The notes below the pieces were generated by a model. The model saw only the letters and a list, made by a program, of their open reading frames with translations. It did no database searches and was not told the origin of the DNA. This document shows, one piece after another, positions 55,801 to 64,000 of a stretch of DNA of 64,000 nt. Positions within the stretch are counted from its first letter, which is position 1, and each line of letters begins with the position of its first letter. The stretch is from NCBI RefSeq assembly GCF_036321535.1, contig NC_087436.1, positions 122,638,001 through 122,702,000 on the forward strand. The letters run 5' to 3'. The translations under genes and the position numbers were made by a program. The DNA is from Camelus dromedarius (taxonomy: Eukaryota).

Positions 55801-56799
55801 CTCTGCCCTCCTCTCTCCTGCCATCCCTCTGCCACTCCCTGGGCCGGCCCCTACCTCCTTGGCCTGGACAAGGGCCTGGCAGGATTCCACCCCATGCCCT
55901 ACGGCAGTCACTGTGGCCCCAGGCTGGAGCCAGAGTCCCCAGCCCCATGTGGAGGCCCCACTCCTAACCCCTCCACCCATGGCTCCTGCCCTCTCACCTC
56001 CTGAAGGGAGCCAGCTGAATGAACTCCAGCACAGCCTCCCCTTGGTGCATGGCCTGGGGTCTGAGCTCTGCTCTGCCTACAGCGCCATCCAGTGCGGTTC
56101 TCATCTCCCCTGGGGTTTCCTCACCTGTGCACCTGGGTCACACCTGGCTCCGCTCCATCAAGAGTGCTCGATGGCTCACTACCTACCCAGCAAACTCCGG
56201 CAGCCCCAGGCCTGCGATGCAAAGCTGCCCCTCTCTCCTCTGGGCCAGGAGCCCCTTAGGAGTGGTCCTTTCCCAAGCCTGCCCAGGCTCAGGGAGAGGT
56301 GCGGTGGGCAGGGCTAGCTGGGCAGGGCCAGGCAGCTGCACAGGGACGGACCACCCCTCAGGCAGTCCGCCCCGCCCGCCCGTGCCTGTCTCTCTCGGCC
56401 TGGGTCCTTCCCAGCCTGCCCTGCACTGGGGGGCCCTGCTCTCCTGCATGCAGGTGCACTCCTGTCCACATGGTATAGCTGTGCCCTGTTGGCTCCAAAC
56501 CCCCTACAGTCCCAGGCACCCCCCACCGCCCCTTCCTGCCTCTTGGGGACCCAAGCAACATGTGACAAGTACAGGTGGGGAGGGGTGCTAAGGGCATGGA
56601 GGGAGGGGGTGGAGCTTCCCTCTGCCTCACCTGGGGCCTCTGAGCAAAGTGGGGCCCACCCCCAGGACCCCCTGGGCACCAAGTCACTTGACAGGGGCCT
56701 TGGACTCAAGAGTGGCAGGGCCTGCTCCCCGAGGTCCAGTCTGCTGGACCCACTGGCCAGAAGGGCCAGCCCAGCTCCACCCCAGGTCCCGCCAGCCAG

Positions 56800-57720
56800 A
56801 AACACACTGACATGTGTCTTCATAAACACTCATGGAGATTCTATTAAGAGATAGGATGCAAAAGGCACAGGTCACACATTCATCCTGGATTACATTTTAT
56901 AAAAGCACGTTTCCTCCTCCATCTCACTCCTAGTTCTCTAATTTTACCTCCAGATACAAGAGGACAGGAATACGAGAGGTCTTTGCCACAAGTGTGTGGT
57001 ACAAAGCCACAGTCATTAAAATGGTAGGAACGTAAATGGGCAGAAAAGTTGATGGGACAGAACAGAATGTTTGGAAGTAGAACCACTGCGCGAGGGGACA
57101 GTAATATACGACAAAGGCGGTATTTCAAATCTATTAAAAAAAAGAATTAATTACCGGTGCTGGGACAACAGAACAGCTATTTAAAATAAAAAACTGAATT
57201 TCCAGGGCCAAACTTTATATCAAAATAAACAGTAAGTGTATCAGTGAGTTAAGCATGAAAATGAAACACACAGAAGTACTAGAAGAAAAGACAGAATCTT
57301 TAAGTATAATCTTTGGGGAAGGAATACGAAACTCAGGAGCCATGGAAGATTGGTTAAATTCAACTACATAAAAAAATCTATACAGCGAAAAACAACATAA
57401 ACAAAATCAGAAGATAAAATGAGGAAATATTTGCGACTTGTCATGTAGAGCTATTTTTTTTTTTTTTGCTAGTTTTCTGAATGAATAAAGAGCTTCTGTA
57501 GCTTAATAAGAAAGAAACCAATCTGCCAATAGTAAAATGAGCAAAAGACACGGATACAATTCACAGGACAGGATAAACAGTGACTCCTTTAATGTGAAAA
57601 TGCTCACTCTCACTCCCAAGACAAATGTCAATCAAACCTACAACATGCCACTTTCTCACATAGCAAAGATCAAAACATTCATGACATGAAGGCCAAGGCA
57701 GAGCTGGCAACTGGCTGCAG
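56800..57720 (+). mobile_element. Old L1 (L1ME-like) ORF2 3' fragment
   Basis: A-rich block with GGTGCTGGGACAAC, AAAATAAACAGTAAGTGTATC and CAATAGTAAAATGAGCAAAAGAC. Confidence 0.6.
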
Positions 57721-58140
57721 GAGTGCTGAAAGTGTGCCTAACACCCCCCCCCCCCCCCCCAGCTTGTCGGCAAAACCACCAGACCTGCCGGATCAAAGCA
57801 TGTAAGGAAATCCCTGCCCAATTGTTAGCTAATCGCTAAGCTGACCAAGCAGGGACCGCAGTGGCTAAGCTAAGCACAACAGAAGACATAGATTTTACAG
57901 AATCAGTCCAGGAAATACACTCAACAAACAAATAATGACAGCAGCAAATTCCAGGGATGGGAGGCTCTTCCAGAGTTATTACATCATGTTATTTAAAGTG
58001 TCCAATTTTCAACCAAAAAAAAAAAATTGAAACACCAGAAGAAGCAGGAAAAGTACAGTCCCATGCATCGGGGGAAAAGAGCAGCCCACGGAAACTGTCC
58101 CTGAGTAAGCCCACACACTGAATTTTCTAGACAAATACTT

Positions 58141-59244
58141 AATTTCCCCCCCTTTTTCAGTTTTATTATGTTGGATTATTATACGTACACATATATTGCA
58201 CATGTACATTATATTGCGTGTAAATACACATATACAGCATACTGCACATTTTTTTAGTTTACATACATGTACTGATTATTGTTTCTAAGAACAGATTAGA
58301 GCTTTAGCTTTTTAAACTTACATAGGTATCAAAGGAATAGAGCCAACCACAAAATAAGAATCAACAGAATGTGGTGATCCAATCATAAAGGACAGTCAGA
58401 TGTGACCACACATATTCAAGAGATCAGCCATCTTAGTTATACAGCAGTTCGTTTGCGTCCTTATTGTCATTGTTACTATTTTTTAGGTTCCTCATATAAA
58501 TGATGTCACATAGCGTTTTTCTCTTTCCAGCCCACCTCACTTAGAATGACAATCTTCAGGTGCATCTGTATTGCCGCAAATGGCATTGTTTGTCTTGTTT
58601 TATGGCTGGGTAGTGTTCCATCGTGTATACGTACCACATCTTCTTTACCAAGCCATCTGTTGATGGACATTTGGGTTGTTTCCATGTCTTGGCTGTTGTA
58701 AATAGTGCTGCTGTGGACACTGAGGTGCATGTGTCTTTTTGAATTTTATTTCCCTCCAGATACATGCCCAGGAGTGGGGCTGTTGGATCACATGGTAAGT
58801 CTATTTTCAGTTTTTTAAGGAACCTCCATACTGTCCTCCATAGTGGCTGCACCAAACTACCTTCCCATCAACAGTGTAGGAGGTTCCCCTTTCTCCACAC
58901 CCTCTCCAGCATTTATCATCCGCAGACTTTTCAATGATGGTCATTCTGGCTGGTGTAAGGTGGTATCTCACTGCAGTTTTGACCTGCATTTTCTCTGACA
59001 ATTAGCGATGCTGAGCACTTTTTCATGTGCCTATTGGCCATTTGTATGTTTTCACTGAATTGCTTGTTTAGGTCTTCTGCATATTTTTGGATTGGGTTGC
59101 TTGTTTCTTTGATATTAAGGTGTATGAGCTGTTTGTATATTTTGGAAATTAGTCCCTGGTCTGCACATCATTTGCAAATATTTTATCCCATTCTGTAGGC
59201 TGTCTTTTTGTTTTGCTGATGGTATCCTTAGCTATGCAAAAGCT
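58141..59244 (-). mobile_element. Younger 5'-truncated L1 inserted antisense, flanked by TSD TAGACAAATACTT
   Basis: Minus-strand ORF2 C-terminal remnants ([39 protein letters not shown]). Direct repeats at 58128-58140 and 59245-59257. Confidence 0.88.
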
Positions 59245-61807
59245 TAGACAAATACTTTAAGTCAGCTAAAGTATGTTTAAAGAACTAAAAGAAACCAGGT
59301 CTCAAGAATTACAGTATAAGAATAATGTTTTACCAAGCAGAGAGCATCAATAAAAAGAAAGGAATCACAGAAGAGAACAGAGTAGAAACTCTGGACTAAA
59401 AAGTGCAGTTAACTGAAATGAAGGCTTCACCACAGTGATTCAACGCCAGATTTCCGTTGGCAAATGAAAGAACCTGTGACCTTGAATACAGGTCACTAGT
59501 TCCAGTCTGAGAAATAGGAAAAAGAATGAAGAAAAATGAACAGGGCCTCAAAGACCAAAGGACACCATTAACCACACGTGTACACACGATGGGGGTCTGA
59601 GGAGAGAGGGAAAGGGGCAGAAAGAATCCTTGGGGAAATAATGGCCAAAGCCCTTCCGAATCTGATGGAAAACAATCTCCATACGCAAGAAGTTGAACAA
59701 GCTCCAAGTAGGACGCACCCTCAGGGGCCCACAACCAGACTCGTCAGAGGTGACGTCAAAAGCAGGAGGCGAAGAGCGCACCCCAAACCAGCCAGAAAAC
59801 CCAGCTCACTGTGCGCGAGGCTTCTCACCAGAAACCAGAGGCCAGAAGGCAGTGCTGGAAGAAAAAGACTGTTAAGCCAAGAATTCCATACCCAGCAAAA
59901 CTACTCCTCAAAAGTGAAGGAGAGATTAAGACACAAATGGAGAGAACCCTCTGCCAGCAGACCCGCCCTGCGTGAGACACTGAAGGGAGCCCCTCAGGGT
60001 GAGGAGAGAGACACCGGATCCAAACCCTCAGAGAAATACAGAGCATTAGTAACGGCAACCACACAGCCAAACAAAGGACAGTGTAAATGCGATCTTGTCT
60101 GTGAATCTTTCCTTTCCCTACCGGATTTAAGACAACTACATAAAGCAATAATCACAAAACTATCTTCATGGGCCTGCAAGCTATTAAGATGCAACTTGTA
60201 TGACAAAAATAGCACAAAGGAGCGGGGAGAAAACAGCTACAATGGAGTAAAGTGTCTGAACACTAATGAAACTAGGTTGGTATTAATCCAAACTAGACTG
60301 CATTAAGTAGTTCATTATAATCCTCAAAGCAACCACTGAAAGAATTAACAACAACAAAAAAATAGGGAGACACAAGGGAACTAAATAACTTAACACACAA
60401 GAAAAAGCAATAGAGGAAGAAAGATTTTAAAAGACACATAGAAAAATAGAAAGACGGCAGACAAAAACCTTATGGCTAAATGGACTGAAATCAGAAATCA
60501 GATAGCAGAAGGAAATTCGGGAAATTCACAAGTATATAGGAATTAAACAACAGACTCCTAAGCAAGCAATGGGTAAAATACGAAATCACAAGAAAAATGA
60601 GAAAGTACTCTGGGATAGATAAAGATGGAAATACAACATACCAAAGTGTCTGAGATGAGGCTACAGCAGTGCTTAGACAGAAATTTACACCCATAAACAC
60701 CTACACTAAAAAGACAGATCTCATTTCCACTCAAACTAGAAAAGAAAAAAAAAAAAACACTAAACCCAAAGCAACCCAAAGGAAATAGAGATTAGAGTGG
60801 AAATTAATGAAGAATGAAAAATAATACAGAAAAGCAACTTTGAATAGATCGATAACATTGATAAACCTTTAGCTTGACTACCCAAGAAAATTTTAAAAAA
60901 GAGAGAAAAGACTCCAACTTGTAAAATCAGGAATGGTAAAAGACATTGCTACCAAACTTACAGAAACAAAAAGGGTTATAAAGGAATACTGTGGACAACT
61001 GCATGTCAACAAATTACAACAAATAATCTAGATGACGTGGACGAAGTACTAGAAATACACAAGCCACTGAAACTGACCACGCAGGGTTTATCCCATGACT
61101 GCAGGGTGGTTCAACACACGGAAAACAGCTAATATAATACACCATTATCAGTAGGAAAAAAGGACAAAAATCACACGATCATTCTTCAATAGCTGAAGAA
61201 AGGGCATTTGACAAAATTCAACATCCCTTCACGACAAAAATATTCAACAAACTAGCAACCCAAGAGAACTTCCTTAGTCCGATACAAGCCGCCTATAACG
61301 CCCACGGCTGCCATCACACTCATTGAGGAGACTGGAAGCTTGACCAGACAAGGGTGTCTTCTCCCTCCACTTCTGGCACTGTACCAGAGGCTCCCAGAGC
61401 AACCAAGCGAGACAAAGAAGCAAAAGAAATCCAAATTGCCAAGGAAGAAACAAAACATCTCTCTTGCAGATGACACGACAGTGTGCACAGAAAACATAAG
61501 GAATCCACACACACAACCATTAGAGCTAGTGAGTGAGTTCAGCAAGGTTTCAGGACAAAAGACCAACATAAAAAAATCAGCTGTATTTCTATGTATTAGC
61601 AATGAAGAATCCAAAAATGAAATTCAGAGAACAGTCACATTTACAACAGCATCAAAAAGAACAAAACACTTAAGAATACATTTAAGAAAATAAATGCAAA
61701 ACTTGTACACTGAAAACTACAAAACACTGTGAAAATAAATTAAAGAAGTCCTAAATGGAGATATTCCAAGTTCAGGAATTATAAAATTTAACATTAAAAT
61801 GACAACA

Positions 61808-62034
61808 CAGTTGACAATGTAGGTGTTAGGCACGTTGAGTCTCCATGCACCCAAAAACCCTTGTGTGACTTTACAGTTGCTCCCCCAGCCCCACCCCGAC
61901 CCCGTATCTGTGATTCTGCCTCCAAGGATTCAACCCATGATGGGCCGTGCAGGACTATAGTATTCATTATTGAAAACAATCCTCGTATGCGTGGACCCGT
62001 GCAGTTCAAACCCATGTTGTTCAAGGGTCAACTG
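61808..62034. mobile_element. Non-autonomous TcMar-Tigger (Tigger2/MER8-like) DNA transposon
   Basis: Termini CAGTTGAC... and ...GCAGTTCAAACCCATGTTGTTCAAGGGTCAACTG followed by TA. It splits otherwise contiguous L1 ORF2 sequence. Confidence 0.8.
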
Positions 62035-64000
62035 TACTTTCCAAACTGATCTCCAGAGTCAACATAATCCCATCAAAATCTCAGTTGCTTTTTTCTTTCT
62101 TTCTTTCTTTTTTCTTTTTTTGCAGAAGTTGACAAGCTGATACTAAAATTTATTTGGGAACACAAAGGATGCAGGATGGCCGAAACAATCTTTAAAAAGA
62201 ACAAGGATAGAGGACTCGTTTTAATGAAGACGTTGTCACACTGGCACAAGGACATACGGGTCTAGGGAAGAGAATTGAGAGTCCAGAAATAAATTCACAC
62301 ATTTATTGTCAACTGATGATCAATAAAGGCACGAGGATAGTTCAGTGGGGGAAAGAATAACCTTTTCAACAAATGATGCTGAGAGACCTGGACGTCTACA
62401 TGCAAAAGAATGAAGCTGGAAGATTTAAACCACATATAAAAATTAACTCAAAACGGACCAAAGACCTAAATTTAAGAGCTAAACCATGAAACTCTTACAA
62501 GAAAACATAAGGGCACAGCTTCATGCCCTTGGGTTAGGCCATGGCTGCTTAGATATGATACCAAAAGCACAAGTGGCCAACAGGAGAAGTCGATATACTG
62601 GACATCAACAAAAGTCACAGCTCTTGTGTTCAAGGAGAGCCAGAATAGGAGAAACACCTGCAACGCGCATAAGGGCCTAGCACCCAGCACATACAGAGCG
62701 CGCCGACACCTCAGAACAACAATTCAGTTAAAAACGGGCAAAAGATCTGGATGTGTCTCCAAAGACGCACAAATGGCCACTAAGCCCGTGAAAAGATGTT
62801 CATGTCATTCATCAGGAAAGCGCAAATCAAAGCCACGAGCTACCGTTTCACACCCACTAAGGCGGCTAAAGTTAGAAAGACTGACAATAACAAGTGTTGG
62901 CAAGAACATGGAGAAACAGGAACCCTCACACCCTGCTGGTGGGACGATGTAGCGATGATGTAAGGTGTGTAAAGCTGTGCAGCTGCTTTGGAGAGCATCT
63001 CAGCAATTCATCAGAAAGTTACCAAATTACACTTCTAGGTATAAACCCAAAAGAAGCGAAAATACAAGCCAACACAAAAGCCTGTGCACGGGCGGTCACA
63101 GCGATGTCACCCATCACAGCCTCAAAGTGTAAATCGCCCGAACGTCCACAGGGCACGGACCACAAAGCGAGGTGTGTTCCCACGTGGAGCATCATCCCGG
63201 CATGAAAGGGGTGAAGCGCTGACATGTGCTGCAACACGGAAGAACCCTGGCCGCGTGGTGCACAGTGAGGAAGGCCAGATACAAAAGGCCACGTGTTGTT
63301 TGACTCAATTCATAGGAAATGTCCAGCAAAGGCAAATCCAGAAGCAGATGTAGACCAGACAGCACAAGGGCTGCAGAAGGGTGAATGGGGGTCCTTGCAG
63401 GGTAATAAAAAGTCCCAGAACTAGACAGTGGTGGTGGGCGCACGACACTGTGAATGTACTGAATGCCACGCTTTAATGGAGTAAACGCTGTGCTATGTGA
63501 GTTCAGTCTCCATAAAGCTGCTTTTAAAAAAACAGAGTGAGGTAGTTCTCTGCATTCTGATGCGAAACCACCACCAGGACACCCGTGAGATGCCACAGGT
63601 GCCAACTGCGAATGATTCACCCCTTCACGTTAAGACACAAAAGCGGGTTTTCCTGGAGTTCCTCTGAGTGGCCACCGGTGGGGAAGGCTGGGAAGCTGGG
63701 GTGGGGGCTGCACAGTCATTCTAAATGCTGAGCGACTCTGATCCATGTCACCAAGCACACGGGCTGTGCAGGATGCCCTGGGGACACGGCTGCTCGAGCC
63801 CACCCTGGTTACCAGGCAGGCAAATCTGTAACAAGATGGCAGTGGCCACCCCGCAGGGGAGAGCCCACACCTCTGGGGCGTGTTAATCAGAATGTGTACC
63901 ACCTCCTTGCGTTAATACATGCTACAACAGCAGCCACGGTCACTGCCCAGACCTGGGCCTGCTTTCCCATCCTCGTGCATCAGCAGGGGAAGAAAAGGAG

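Larger units (their letters stand above)
57765..63532 (+). mobile_element. Internally deleted L1MB-like element (5' region, ORF1, ORF2 pieces, 3' UTR) with two nested insertions
   Basis: Collinear L1 parts: ORF1 remnant (GAERILGEIMAKALPNL in ORF 59578-60306), ORF2 RT-region DNA (CTTGCAGATGACACGAC, ATTAGAGCTAGTGAGTGAGTTCAGCAAGG), and a 3' UTR ending CATAAAGCTGCTTTTAAAAAAA. Confidence 0.85.

Noticed and set aside
59578..60306. 242-aa ORF
   Set aside because: A frameshifted L1 ORF1 remnant, not a functional gene.
51000..64000. Exons of a neighbouring gene (UVSSA lies near the NKX1-1 3' side in human)
   Set aside because: No recognisable coding exons were found. The region is unique GC-rich DNA and repeats.

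Overview
GC-rich mammalian genomic DNA, probably from a camelid (one tRNA-Ala-derived Vic-1-like SINE supports this). I can support one protein-coding gene: the two-exon homeobox gene NKX1-1 on the + strand (CDS 47099-47567 joined to 49732-50621, 452 aa, eh1 motif plus NK1 homeodomain). The ~47 kb upstream has no recognisable genes. It carries a series of AT/TAAT-rich islands that look like developmental enhancers, several next to orphan CpG islands, plus two large (CAC/CAT)n arrays, MIR/L2/MLT relics and an L1 mosaic at ~28.7-35.5 kb. Downstream is a nested L1 cluster at 56.8-63.5 kb. The most notable observations are a tandem pair of near-perfect REST/RE1 sites 4.3 kb upstream of the gene, GCG poly-alanine tracts next to the homeodomain, a strong-Kozak uORF, a motif-dense 3' UTR, a TSD-bounded L1 insertion carrying unexplained 3' sequence, and locally GC-shifted L1 fossils. 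I found no evidence of a new multi-gene system. Most ORF-track entries are chance ORFs in GC-rich or repetitive DNA. Repeat family names come from my recall of consensus sequences, and repeat and island boundaries are approximate.
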